Shown piece by piece: positions 50,564-64,000 of a stretch of DNA of 64,000 nucleotides. The stretch is from Camelus dromedarius (lineage: Eukaryota): positions 79,610,001-79,674,000 of the forward strand of contig NC_087437.1 of the NCBI RefSeq assembly GCF_036321535.1. Reading direction: 5' to 3'. Below the pieces are notes generated by a model. The model was not told the origin of the DNA and did not search any database. It worked only from the letters and a program-made list of their open reading frames with translations. The first letter of the stretch is position 1. Every line of letters begins with the position of its first letter. Both the position numbers and the translations under genes were made by a program.

Positions 50564-51949
50564 GGGTTACATTAGCAGCTTTCCGCTTTAATTCAGATAA
50601 ACGAGTCATTCAGATTCTTACACCGTTACATATTATTTTTGGTAGATTGAACTAATCTTGATCTCTCCTCCTGAGAACAAATACTGGAATTCAGTCACTC
50701 TCCCCAAACCCTTGGAAGGGCTTTTAACTTAGACTGAATTCTTAATATTTACTCCAAAGAAGCAAATTAGCACATTAAATTTAAATTAAAAAACTCAGTG
50801 CACTTAAAGATTTTACTAGTCAGTTAAAAAAATTCAATGATTATGTTTCAACTGGGTACACCACTCCAATTAAGTCCAACATATATAATTTTTTAAATGT
50901 TTCCAGCATCAGGGATTGTAGCAACTATATAAAAATTTAAATTAATAAGGTATTTTCTTTTACTCTTTTGAGAGGCATCAAATTCAACTTAAATTACTTT
51001 CAGCCAGTTGAGTTCAGTTGCTGCCTCTTGTGATCACAGGAATTGACACAATGCCTTATAGAGATTAAAGGCATTTTATTCAATCTCAATATAGAGATTT
51101 TATTTATTTGACACACATCTCCAATACGCATGAGTGAAGACTGCAACTCATATACAAGATTTTCAGTCATTGAGTAAATATTAACATTAATCCATTTTAG
51201 AAAATTTAGCACCTTCTAAATACATTAACTAAGCAAGATATACACTAGTTTCAGTGAGAACTATGGTAATATTTATACCTAAAAGTAGTTTATAACTACA
51301 ATGAGAAAAAAAATCCTAAGATGGGATAGAACCGAAAAAGAGAAACCATTCCTGAGACAGAACACTAAATCCTGCAATATTTAATATATGTATATTAACT
51401 TACATATGCACTAGCAGTATTGTAAGGGGAAGAGAAGCCAGAAAAAAAGAGAATATGTGATTGAATAAGGACAAGGCAGCAATAAAGTTAACATCTGGCT
51501 GAAAGTCATCTGTCAATCTTCAGAGGCCATACATGAGGCTTAAAAGAATCACACACCAGAGAAACGAGAAAAAAACTTGGCCTCCAAAGAAAGTATATCA
51601 CTCAGAATTCTCCAAAGAAAGCAAAAGGATAACACGCTCAGTAAGTGAATTAGGAAAACAAACCGAAAATAAACAAACCCAATCCCTGCTAAAGCATGCC
51701 TGCTTGATTTGGCCTTGAAATGGAATTGAGTAGAAAGGGAAAAAAAAAGAAAAGAAAAAAGAAAAAACCAAAAACTTCCCTAACCATAAGCTCACAATCA
51801 CACATTTGTATCATGAAATCATATCGTTTGTTTCCTTAGTGATATGAAAACAAAAATTTAATCTAATGCAGTCCCATGTTAGTTTGCCTACAGGAGTTTG
51901 GAGAAAACAAATATAAATGTTCTTTAAATAAAGGCCTCAAATCCTTCCT

Positions 51950-52765
51950 GTTGATGGAATTCCAAAGAGCAGTCCCCATACAAAATAATGAAACCCAACA
52001 AGAATCATATAATCATATAAACCCAGCAGAAAAGTCAAACTAAAGAGTCAGATTCCTAAACTGCAGATGATGAAATCATCAAATATAAACTGTATTTACA
52101 TGTAAAGAAACAAAGGACATTGACGTTATCATAAACAATACATCAACAAAATATTCTGAAAAGTTTGTAGAACAGCACAAGTTAAAATTTTAAAAATGAA
52201 AATATACTAAAAAATCAATGATATTAGTATTAAAATGGAAATGATACTAATATTAAAATTTCAAATTTTAATAATTAATGCTTCAAGTTAAAAGCCATTG
52301 GACATAGCTGCAGAAAGAATTAGTGAAGTGGGACATAGTTCTACAGAAAATTATTCAGAAAGACAAATTAAAAAAATATAAATAGTGAGGATTAAGCAAG
52401 TAAGCCCAATTCTGCCTAATCTTATTTTGAGGAGTTGAGAATAGAAAGATTAGGAGAAAGGCCATATTCAATGGAATAACAGTAAATAATACCCTAGACT
52501 TTCTCTAAGATATCCTTCCTCAGATTCAGGAAACTTAAAGAATCACAAGCAGGATTAATAAAAAGAAAATCCGCAGCTAGACATGCCATAGTAAAATAGC
52601 AGAGCAAAATAAGTAAAAGAGAAGGTCTAAAAAGCAACAAAAGAAAGAACAGTTGATATATATACAAAAGAATCACAATCAGACAGTTCTCAATAGCGAA
52701 AAAGGAAGTCAGAAGAGAATGAAATACTGTCTTCAGATTGATGAGAAAAAATATCTACACAAACA
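51950..52765 (+). mobile_element. Ancient L1 ORF1-region remnant
   Basis: 'gacatagctgcagaaagaattagtgaa', 'cctcagattcaggaa', 'ctagacatgccatagtaaaa', 'ggaagtcagaagagaatgaaat'. Confidence 0.6.
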
Positions 52766-54975
52766 TAATTGTTTGTGGTATGATTTTGGGTTTTTACATT
52801 CTCTTTACTTTTTAATTAAAATTAATGTTCATTTTAATGTAGTACAAACGTCCCATTCTCTCCTTACAGTTTGTGTTTTTATATCTTGTTTAAAAATAAT
52901 CCTTTCTTATCCCAAGTTCATAAAGAATAATTTCCTTTATTTTGTATAAATATTTATATATGTATTTTAGCCACAAACTTAGATATGATTTTGAACACAT
53001 TAACTGAGGAAGGATTCCATTTGGAATATAAAATTAACTCCAGAAAACAGTAAGAAGACAATTTTGTGGCAAACTTGGAAAATATATAAACAGATATTTC
53101 ACATAGGGGCTTCAAAATCAGAAGCAATTATATTTAAGCTGGGTAATATGGACATTGATTTTTTTTTCCCTATTCTTTGATGAAACATACAAATAATTTT
53201 CTGCCTATGACATATTTCACAGAGAAAATATTTATGGTAACCAATAATGTGAAATCATGAGGTAAATATAATTAAGCATCTGGATAATGTCAATAGGCAT
53301 TTCAAGGAAAGAGTACAATGAACTTGAGAGGTTTTCATGTGTTCTTAGGAATAGAGATTTGCACTTGGAAATTCTTGACAGGAGAAAAAAGGAAGGAGTT
53401 AAGAAAAGAAGGATATTATATATAAGAAAAGCTAATCTTTAGGGTTGGCAAACGTGGAGCCAATCTAAGCAAACAAACACATAGCTCTATCAGTTTCTAT
53501 CTTTTCTGATACTAAACAAGTCTTATTTAAACTGCTCTGTTTGCCCCTTGAAATATGTCAAATGACTCATTTCAGGTTTACCTAGAGAGCGTTGCCTTTG
53601 TATAGTTCCATCCTCTTATCCCAGAAACAATCATTCCTGCATGGCATGGTTACCTCATTCAGTGCCCTTTGAGAGCTTTTGCAGGTGGGCAGTATTTCAC
53701 ATGCAGTTTGGTTTGTGTACTCTAAACATTGCTGAACGAAAACAAATCCATTCAGAAAAATAGCACTGGAGGGATCAGAAGCTGCAAAGGGTAGAATCAT
53801 TCTCAGAGATGAAGTTGCCCAAAGCTTTGCTGTCCTCCAGAGTCCAAAAGAAAAGCAGTTTTAAAAATGATGTAAGGAGAACATGCAGAGAAACGAGCTG
53901 AGGCAGAGGGAGGCCATGGGTATCGCTGCACATTTGAGAACTGTGATTAAACTGTGGCCATATTTTGTTTCACTACAATTCTCTAGAAAATAAATGGCTT
54001 TTTATAGGTACCTGTGTAATGAAAAACAGATATATGAAATCAACCATTTTACAGGCCATTTTCACTTTTTCAACCTAAGTCAAATTCTTAGCAAACAATG
54101 AGACTGCCACAAAATCAATGTAATTAGATTCTTCCTGAAGCCAAAATAACCAATGACAATTTCAGTGGTGCATTATCCACACGGCCCAAAACACAGCCAC
54201 ACAATTGGCATGGAGGGCAACACTGCAGAACACCACTTGCAACGGGAACAGTAAATGTGTCTGATAAAGCTTTCTCCCAGCTAGATGGGCAGTTACGGAA
54301 TACTGCTCTGCCACAAAGCTGTCACAGACGCAGTACCTGAACCATGTCTCTGGCTCCCTCAAACCTTTGTCTGGAGAGGAGAAGAGGTGTTTTTTCCAAA
54401 TGAAATCTCAGCAACCTGTTTTCTGATGAGGACTAACAACTGCTAGAGTCGGGCTTTTTGGCCCTAGTGAAGCATTAGATTGACCATCTACTTGGCCTTG
54501 AAAAATCATGTATGTCGAGTCAATCCAGAAAGTTTATTATGTGGTCTTGGACCTCGCTAAGAATACTTGAACTAGGGGAAGACTATGGATCATCCAGAAA
54601 AATCTCAAAATCTGACAACAACAAAAAAAAGGCTGTACCACAAAAGCACGATTTGTAGGACTAGCATTTATGAAGGTAAGGTAGAACTATTTAATAAGAA
54701 AGCAGTTCTGTAGAGACTCAAGCAAGCATTCTTTGGTTTATCTGATAAGCTCTTCCTACTGGTCAATACACTGAATGGATTTCTCTTTCTTATTTCACAG
54801 ACTAAGGAAAAATTCTGCTATATGAGTAACAAAAAATTAGTTACTTTAGGAGTTTATTCTATGTGGGGATTTTACTCCTAACTGGGAACACTGCAGTAAG
54901 CGCAGCTAAGTAGAGATCTTAACTACGGGAAAGTGTGTATTAGATGTGCTTTTGAAAATGGCATTGTTTCATTAC

Positions 54976-55086
54976 CTGTAAGCATACCCTCTCATCTGTC
55001 TCCCTTTCTTGTCACTGTCATTTCTCTTTCTCCAAAATCACTTTTGTTAGCACAGACAGACCGTGAAATAGCTGGGTACTAGGATC
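54976..55086 (-). other. Candidate 111-nt exon (non-coding or decayed)
   Basis: 'ttatctgtccttag|GATCC...TTACAG|gtaatg'; phase-0 frame contains two TGA codons. Confidence 0.25.
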
Positions 55087-57399
55087 CTAAGGACAGATAA
55101 CGGTGATCACAATACGCAAAAAGCACACTTCCAAGTTAAGTTAAATCAAAGGCAAATTGGAACAATCATCCACTCTGTGCTATATTCATTACCAGGATCC
55201 TCCACACTTACCTTTATCCCATTCAAAGTTTTGCTTTATGGGTTAGACATTCCAGAAGAATACAAAGGAAAGAGATACTGCATACATTTCAGTTTTTAAT
55301 TATATCAGTAAGGTCTTGTTAATAGAAAATGCTACCATTATGCCAGTCTAGAATTTGACTATATGTATATTAGAATCTGAAAAATATATTTATACATATG
55401 AAACTTGTGTTTCTGAAATACAGAAGATGAGCATCAACCTAATAATTCTAAAACAATATCCTCTTTCGATTGTTTCTTTCATTACTCAGGTGTAGTGATC
55501 ATATGACAGTAACAATCGAGAAAAGATGCAGTTATTTGTAGGAACTGAATTCAGACCTTTGGGCATCTGTAAACCCAATTTCTCTGCTGGGAAAAAGAAA
55601 AAGAAAAGAATCCAGGTATCCATAGCAATTTAAAGGGAAGAAAAGGAAATACCTGTGAAGGATTTTTAATGAATTCTTAGTAACATGAACTTCGCTCAAT
55701 ACTCTCTGCTCACCCTAAACTGATTTTTAAAAAGTCTTCCTAAAATGTAAGCGTTTCCTCAGTGTAAGTGATGATAATAACACAAGTCATAATTCTCTCC
55801 CAGACGGAAACCTGATATGGCAGTTTTTAGCCCAGAATGACTTACCTGATTTATAATATCTAATTTATAGTGGATATAATGAAAAACTCTAAGGATACAA
55901 TAAAGGGTTTTTCTCATATTTAAAAAATCAATTTTACTCAAAGGTTATAATAAGACTCTGGAAGTTTGATAGTAAAATTCATTTCTGGAACGTTGTTTTA
56001 CACTCCTGACTTGCAGGTTTATTATGGTACAGTTGTCAACATTGTCATTTATTTGTGCTTTAATACTTATTTTTCTGAAACAATTTTTTTCTCTCTCCTT
56101 CTCTTCCCCTCCCTTGCTCACAACACAAACACACACACACACAAATCTACCATCAAAATAAATTCATGGCTTTACAAAAATAGATTATGAAAAGGAAGAA
56201 AGGTAAGTCAAATGTGGTCTTATGAGCTTGTCCAGGTCCCCCAGGTACCATTATCATGTGGTGAGAGTAGGTACATTTATTACGTTCTTTGCAATGTCTA
56301 AAATTTTAATTTTCCGCCATGAAGCATATAAGGTCTGTCTGGGATAGTCGGAAATGTGTTTCTAATTGCTTTTTCCATGCAAAAGAGATACAACAGATTA
56401 CCAACAACAGGACTATTAATCATCCATCTAAGTGCAGCTTCTCTTTGGCATGCAATATTTATAAGTGTTTATATACTCCTGACTAATGCTAACAATCAAT
56501 GCCTGCTTGATGAGCCAACCTGTATAATTGCCAAAGGCCTGAAACTCACCAAAAGATTAAGTTTATTCTTGGCTTCTGCTCCAGATTGTACTTGTGATTA
56601 AAAGAAAGAGAAAGAGAAAGAAAAGGCTTTCTGACGTTTCTATTAGGAAGGGGAGAATGGTCTAGCTGCATTTTTCCTGTAGATAGCAAAAGCCCTTTTT
56701 ATTACTGTGTATTTTCTTACATCAACTCTTAATAACAAGACAGGAAAAGATGATTTTTCCTATCACTGTATTTGTGAAAGGCATTTCAATGTACAGTTTC
56801 TGATGCTGGAATTAAGAACAGAATCCAATTACCGTAGTAGTTTAATTCTGAACTTTCAGAACTTGGAAGAGTTAAGTCCTCATCAATTCATAAATATGGC
56901 CTAGTTGCATATCTTTTGTTATTTTTATTAAGAATACAATTGCATTCATGGAGTCATGTTCACTAACTCTAGGTCAACCTATTCTTTTTTTGGAAATTAA
57001 TTAATTGGGAATTAATACAGAGTATCATAAGTCAACAAAAGATATTAATTTCTTTTAATTTAAGTAGCAAATAAAGTGAAATGTTCAAGTTATATTTTTA
57101 CATTTAAAATTTTGTAAGTGATTCTTATTCTATTTTGTAGAGTAACTCATGTATATGTCTATAAATTAGTATGGTTTTAATACTTACTATGCTCTTAATT
57201 TGCAGTTACTTGGTTATCAAACTTTGCCTTAAATAATTATCTGCAGGATCCAAACCAAAATAACTTTGAAGTCTGTATTCACTCACTTAATTTATAAGTA
57301 CATGCTATGTATATCATACTACACCAAATTCTATAAATGGTAAAAGATTCTAATCTTATTTATCAAAATTTATAAATTTTAGAGGAAAAAGATGCCCAT

Positions 57400-57900
57400 G
57401 GCAAATTCATTACCAATATACAAGTGCTACATCAGTGGTCACTGAAGAAGTACAGTGGGAGCTTGGAAATGATTATTGGACAATGTAGTCTGAAGACAGC
57501 ATCTCTGAGAACACGGGACATAAATTATGTTAAGAAGAGTAGTTGGGATGTGAATGAGAAAAGGAAAGAGAGAAGGGAGGCTGTAAGCAAAGACTCAGGT
57601 GTGGAAATCATTTGTGTGGCTCAGTGGGCAGATCTAGGAGATGGTGGAGGGCGGAGAGGACCGTTTCCGTGGGACATGAAATAGCTAGAGAGATGTTTGC
57701 AAAGGCAGTCGGTGAACAGACTGTGCAGGTAGGGTATTGAATTTCAGACTCAGTGCTTATATTTTATCTTGTAATAGAAATCCATTTTTCAATGATCCAT
57801 AGGAGGTGACAGGTCAGAAGCAGAGTTTTATAAACATTCATCTAAACGCAGTTACAGGTAAAAAGAGTTGCACTGCCAGGGAGACAAGTTAGACTATCTT
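57400..57900 (-). mobile_element. Degenerate L2 fragment
   Basis: Purine-rich antisense L2-like 'agtgctacatcag', 'attttatcttgta', 'ggaggtgacaggtcaga'. Confidence 0.45.
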
Positions 57901-58355
57901 CTCAAGAGTGCTGTCAAACTATCCCAGTGCCTGGCCCCAGGAGGGATATCCTGCTGAAGGACTAAAGATTCTTGAGAATTCCATTTGGCTTTTCTTTCTC
58001 ATGGCTGGAATTAAAAGATGATGCAACATTGGAAGGAGGGAAATTAGACTAACCTGAGCACAGGAAATTTGCCTGTTATTCGAGGGGGACTCCTGTAGGT
58101 TTCCAGGCTCCCAAATCTCCAGAACCTGTTACGGTTTGCTGCTGCTGTTTTCAAGACCTAGCATTGTTCAAGACACTGGTGATGTATGGTGTACTCAAGT
58201 AGGAGGAGAGCACAGTTATGGCCATTTATCTTCTACACCTCAGTAGTCCCACATCAGTCTCTTTCCTTTCTCTTCGTGTCCACCCTCATCTCAACCCCCA
58301 AATCCTTCCTTTCATCATCAATCCTTTCCTCTCGTCTATCTTCTCCTTTGTGCAG

Positions 58356-58419
58356 TCCTTCTGCTGTTTGACAGTAAAAGGCACAACAGAGATACAGAGC
58401 AGGACCAAAAAGAAAGATG
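58356..58419 (+). other. Candidate exon (64 nt, or 45 nt from the AG at 58373-58374)
   Basis: Preceded by a ~100-nt pyrimidine tract ending tttgtgcag; donor ATG|gtgagt. Confidence 0.3.
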
Positions 58420-60590
58420 GTGAGTGTCTTACTTCTAGAAACTTAGGCCACGCGCTGTGGGAAAAATTCCTGGCTGTCAACAGACTTCCTTAGAACAATC
58501 AGAGAGAAATGGTGCTAATCACAAAAGCTAAAGAATGGCATTTCCTTCTTAAAAAGCTCCCTCTCACTTTCTCTCGCCTGCTCTTTGTGGGTATGCTGTT
58601 GCCATCATGGTTTCTGAGCATGCCAGGTAGCCTCGATTATCATGAGACGGAGCAACACGATGTGGGCAGTTCACTGCACAGCATCTTGCCAAACAGAACA
58701 AGCATGAGGACAGTTTTTGTGACAGAGATGCTCTGGTTGTCTTCACTTTACCACTTATCCCCCACGAGGATACAGGAAGAAGAACTGAGGTAGAAGAGAC
58801 ACCCTACTTCCTATACTTTCTACACAGAATCAATGACTGCACATTTCCAGTGAGAATGGGACAGCCTGTCACCATTTCTTCTAACTTACACCTAGCACTG
58901 AATTGTAGGTACTGCCTAAATGGTAACCATCTGGAACAGAAAATTTTAAATACTATCAATAAAACGCACATCCCTACAAGTTACCTATGCTAAATATACA
59001 TGTATATTTAGACATCATTTTAAATTTTTTTTCAGTGAAGACACACAGAATGGCTGTTTGGTTTTGGTGTTTCTTTACATAGTTTGTTTCCTAAATCCAT
59101 ACGATAACACTACAGCATGGGTCATTGTTTACATATACCATAAAAAGTAGACTCAATTTAAACCTCTAGGAGAGGGAATCTGGTTCCATGCTGAAGAGAC
59201 ACTCCAAAACACATCTTACTGTGAAAAGTTTGCTACCATTTTATGAAGTGGTATATCCTCTAGCAGGAGGCTGCACATACTGAAAGACATCTTTGGAATT
59301 TTTCAGCAAGAGAGTCTCTTCCAGTATTTGTACATCTGTTCAGTATTTTTTGCCAGGTATGTAGCCTTTCTGATGGATAATGGAAATTAATTAAACCTAG
59401 CACATGTTATATTCACAATATATTTTAATGGTAGAGGTTAGCACAATTCTGCTAGTATTTCTTCTTCAAAAATATTTACAATTTCCATTTTAGTGGGCTG
59501 TTTGAACACTAAAATCAGACTTCACATCTCTAATTAAAGTGTAAGGGCATTATCACAGAAAGCTTTTGTTGCTGAAATGAAATATAAAGCATGTAGGGAG
59601 GAAATAAAAATGTCCCAAGCTCTCAGAGGCAATTAGGGCCATTAGTTGCAGTTCTCCTTCAAGAGGGAGAGTATAATCTAATTGAATGGCCATATGCACT
59701 ATTTTATCAGGTTGATGCTTTGCATTTTAGTATAGCTGGCATTTATGAAAAGAATCCTTCACTTGGAGGATCTTGAAAATGGCCAAAACAGACAATTTAT
59801 CATCTTGATCTGCTCCTTGCTGACTTGTTATACTGTGCCGAGATTTCACGTAAGGTGACTGCTATCTAAGCACTGAACAAAAAATTTTTAAGCACAGATT
59901 TCTATCACATATTCCCTGGAGTTGCACACCTACCAAGAAGATTATCATTATCACCAAACACATCATTTATAAGTAAACAGATTTTGGAGTAAGGTATTAC
60001 CAAATGAAAAGTTCATCAAATGCCAAGTCAAGGACTGATTTAGGTAGAGATGATCTATATATTTTATAAGAATTAAGAAAATAAGTTCTCTAGAGAGAAA
60101 CAGCTATTTTAATTGTGCATTTGTAAGGCAGTTATGGTGTTACTGATAAAGTGATTTCTCAATGAATTTTCAGGGCATACTAATAATGGATAGTACTTTC
60201 TAGAATCACAATACAAAATAATCTAATAAGTATAATAGATCCCTTAGTGAATCAATCAGTGTTCTTGTTTGAACAAGTGTCTGATCTGTATCTAATACTG
60301 TTTGGTCAACAAAGCTCCCTTATGCTAGGAGGAAAAATTAAGTCATAAAACTTTGTTTATATATATATTTAGAAAATAGTCTTGATTAAAGTATTAAGTT
60401 TCTGATTAGGATTTCCATTCATTGTGAAAAATTGAAAGCATATTTTTCAAACACTTCATTATAATCTCTTCCGCAGTTTAATGTAATTCCAAGAATCTAG
60501 AAAAATGTAGTGAATGTTTTCCCTAGTGCATAGGGGTTCTCCAATTCAGAGTTCCTATAAATGAATTTCCAGAGAGTCTTTAAATATCAT

Positions 60591-60848
60591 TGTTACAAGC
60601 TGAATTGTATCCCATGCAAAATATGTATGCTCTGGTCCCAAAACCTAGTACCTCATAATGTAACTATGTTGAAAGACAGGTCCTTTAAAAAGGGAATTAA
60701 CAGCACATAAAGCTGTTAAGTTGGGCCCTAAGGCAATACAACTGCTATCTTTATGGACACAGACATGCACAGAGAAAAAAACATGTCAAGACAGAGGAAG
60801 GAAATGCCATCTACAAGCCAAGAAGGGATGCTTCAGAAAAAAAATCAA
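60591..60848 (+). mobile_element. MaLR LTR (MLT1A/B-like) 5' part
   Basis: 'tgttacaagctgaattgtatccc', 'agtacctca.aatgtaact', 'gccatctacaagccaaga'. Confidence 0.75.
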
Positions 60849-62689
60849 GAATCTTGAGTTTGGAAGAGTTTTACATAATTTTCTCATTTGTTTGAGGCCC
60901 TCAGCATCCATTCACACCCTAATAATATGATTTCCTTTTGAGAACTACACCTCCCCACTGCCATCGTCTGGAGACTGGAGCCTCCCCTCCAAACTTCTCT
61001 CTGTGAATTTGAAAGAGTTGATGGTAACTTGGCCAGTTGGACTTCTTCTCACGAACTTTAAATCCTGAGCTGAGTAAAAGAAGTAGGAAATAAGTGACTG
61101 GAATCCATTTATTTTCCCTCAGGAAACTTAGACGAGACTCCCAAACCCACTACCAAGGAAGTGAGAGCAAGATAAACAGCTTCCAAACTGCGGCTGCCTG
61201 AAGTCAGCGGGGTGTTTGTCCCAACAACACAGCTTCTGTGTTCCATGTCATGTGGCTATGAAGGACTTTCCTGAACTTTCTATGAACTGTTAAATTTTCA
61301 TTTAGTTAGTTTAGTAGAGGGTGTTATTTTGGTTGGCAGAGTAGGTGGCTGGTACAAACTTTATTTTTCATAACTTAGCCCAGAAAGCACCTTAAATATC
61401 ATTTCCCCTGCCAGAGACATCACAGGAGCCAAAGTAAAGTGAATAGGGTGCGAGAAATCTGTGCAAATCTGATCTACTACTGTTAGGGCATTTGGCTAAT
61501 GTATTTCTTGAATCTAAATCGGAGCTTGAAATTATTTCCCCTGTGGTCTCAATATGACCTGTAGTATTACAGAATCATCTTTCCCAACCTAGGCATCCTG
61601 TGATTTTATTATACCTCAGTGTATGATACACAGTTTGGAGTCTGACCTAATGACCACATGATATTTAATTTATATGAAAATGTATTTGGAATCTCAAGTA
61701 ACCAATTTATAAATGAACGTTCGGAAAAATCATAAATATGAAGATGTATACATTTTATGACTGCTCTAGAAATGGAAAATCTTTGAAGTAGCAATTTTTC
61801 AATGACAATTTACTTACTCTGTAAAGATTTTCTCCATGAATATTTTGGAGTGAGTAACTCTGTCTAGATTACTGGAAATTTCAAAAGTCCTAACATATGC
61901 GATGAAGACACAGGAAGGATTTGGTTGTTTATTTTAATTAATAAATAGTCTATGCTATTCAGTTAACCAAAGAAGATCACAAAAAAATTTCTTTCAACCT
62001 AATAGAAAACTTACGTGACTCACTGATCAACTGTAGTGATACTTCTGATGTTCATTCTCAATCTCAGCCACTGTAAGTATTTAGCAATTAGTTATTAAAT
62101 AAAGTAATTAAGAAGTAGAGTCTTTTTTTTTTTATAAAAAAGTTTCTTCCTACAGTTGTTTACAGGCCATATGCAAAACACCTGTACCTGTCTCTATATC
62201 TGTTGGACACCATTCCAACTTCAATCTGATATTAATATTTTCCCTTAGCCCATTTGGCAAGGAGTAATAATATTTTATCTGACTTAGACTTCACTGGTAG
62301 AATTTCTGAAATCCTGGCTGTGCCCTATCCCTACTAGGCACACATTCTCTGGGTTTCAACTCACACATACACTCAAATACTGTCAAGCTCTCCCACTTTT
62401 GAAAGTCTGCCAGTTCTTCTATTTCTACGCCCTATTCTTGCAGGTCGCTCTGGTAATGACTGCAGCCGTTGTTATGAGCCATTTTACAACAATGTGATCT
62501 GATGAGAATGTCATAGAAGGAAAGGTTGAGTTGACACCCGACTTCAGTTGTGTCACACTCTAGTATAATTAGAGAGAAGTGATGCTTGTGTTCTTATTGC
62601 CTTATAGAAATTGTAGCCTTGGGAATTATTCAAAAAATTCTAACCATTTCTCAGAGAAAGAGGGAAACATGAGCAAAACACCTATGCTG

Positions 62690-63295
62690 GAACTCCTATA
62701 CGTTTCTGGTAAGAATGTAAAGTAGCTTGACTTTGGATAACTGGTTAGTAGTTTCTCGCCCTACGACCAGTAACCCCACTCCTAGATACTTGGCCAAGAA
62801 AAGAGGAGGGGAGAATGTGTCCACAAAAATATTTGTAAAAGATACTAACAGAGGCCTTATTTTTTATAGTCCAAACCTGGAATCAGCTCAAATTTCCATT
62901 AAAGGAGACTAGATAAACACATTTTGAAATCTTCAGACGATACTACTCAGAAATAAAAAGGAATGAATTGCAGGTATAGAAAACTACATGAATAAATCTC
63001 AAAACATTCTGTTAAGAACCAAGACAAGAAAAAGTACAAAATGTAAGATTCCATCTATATGAAATTTATGAAAAAGCAAAACTCATCTATAATGATATGA
63101 ATCTAAACAATGAGTTGCTTTTGAAGATTCAGAACTGACTGAAACTATGCACAGGCATGCTTTCTGCAGTGACAGAATGTTCTACATGTTTGGGTGGTGA
63201 TTATACTGTATAAATGTTAAAATTCTTATTGAACTGAATACTGATGATTTATCTATTTTATTGCATATAAATCATACCTCAGTAAATACACAAAC
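62690..63295 (+). mobile_element. Old L1 (L1MB/ME-like) 3' end
   Basis: 'ccactcctagatac', 'tactactcagaaataaaaaggaatgaa', 'gattccatctatatgaaat', 'ataaatcatacctcagtaaa'. Confidence 0.75.
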
Positions 63296-64000
63296 ACACA
63301 ACTACTCTGCTGTAATTCAAATTAAACCCTCTCTAGTCTCACATACCAAAGACCAACATGAATTGCTTTTAGACCAAACTTTTCCATTTCAAATCATTCT
63401 TCTTTGGATTTAATCTCAACGTGCACTCAACAATGTTTTTCTTTAATACACTATACTAGTTTTTATAAATTAATAACGGATACCCACAACTCACATGAAA
63501 ATCTGGTTATACATAAGCACTGCCATCCATCTGATACGTATCTATTTAGCATAGTCAACAGGCATTGATTCTCTATTTTTAAGAAATACTTCACAGATAA
63601 TAAAGACATTAGTGAGAATCATTTACAAATTAACCATCAAAAAATGTCCCCTCTGCCAACAAAGAGTACAACATGTATAAATCAGACTGATTCATAGTTC
63701 ATGTTGCTGTACAGTTGGACCTCTTTCTGCACTAACTAAATTCAAGGATGATCAGGGCTAACGACTTTGTGATTATTGCTTCCCCAAGAAATATCTTTTA
63801 TTATAATCCTGTTGCACTTTATAAATACATTGTAAATAAATGTTAGATACAAGTCAGAGTTTAAGTCAAAAATAACAAAAGTCATGTCTAGAAAATTTTT
63901 CTTTAAAATAATTTCTGCAAAGATTGCCATTTAGATTCTGAAAAGAAAATATTTGTAAAATCATAATTCACTTTCTTATTTCACTGACCCAAAAAGGCAG

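Noticed and set aside
53582..53800. Minus ORF with a possible acceptor (tttgcag) and donors
   Set aside because: Short pyrimidine tract, phase incompatible with the neighbouring candidate exon, peptide unrecognised
55204..55290. Strong minus-strand donor AAG|gtaagt
   Set aside because: Upstream pyrimidine tract ends in TGG rather than AG, and all frames contain stops
1..64000. Prokaryotic or defence systems, CRISPR arrays, operons
   Set aside because: Sequence is mammalian repeat-rich DNA with no long ORFs and no regularly spaced repeat-spacer arrays

Overview
AT-rich, CpG-depleted mammalian genomic DNA, either intronic or intergenic. A tRNA-derived SINE at 38089-38237 matches the camelid Vic-1 family as I recall it, and I saw no Alu, Bov-tA/BovB, PRE-1 or Can-SINE, so the source is most likely a camelid (camel, alpaca or llama). 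Much of the window is transposon-derived. It holds one ~7.1 kb full-length but dead LINE-1 (13201-20290), many truncated L1s (three with 5' inversions of the twin-priming type), L2, MIR, MaLR/ERVL/ERV LTRs and two Tigger-family MITEs. There is a 200-N assembly gap. I recognise no intact protein-coding gene, RNA gene or prokaryotic system; the supplied ORFs are L1 debris, gap artefacts or chance ORFs. The most unusual object is an 83-bp, TTAA-flanked, piggyBac-like insertion inside L1 ORF2. Several short segments bounded by splice signals on both strands and a few compact regulatory motif clusters merit checking. Family names come from recalled consensus sequences, not a database search. Repeat boundaries are approximate unless TSDs or TIRs are cited.
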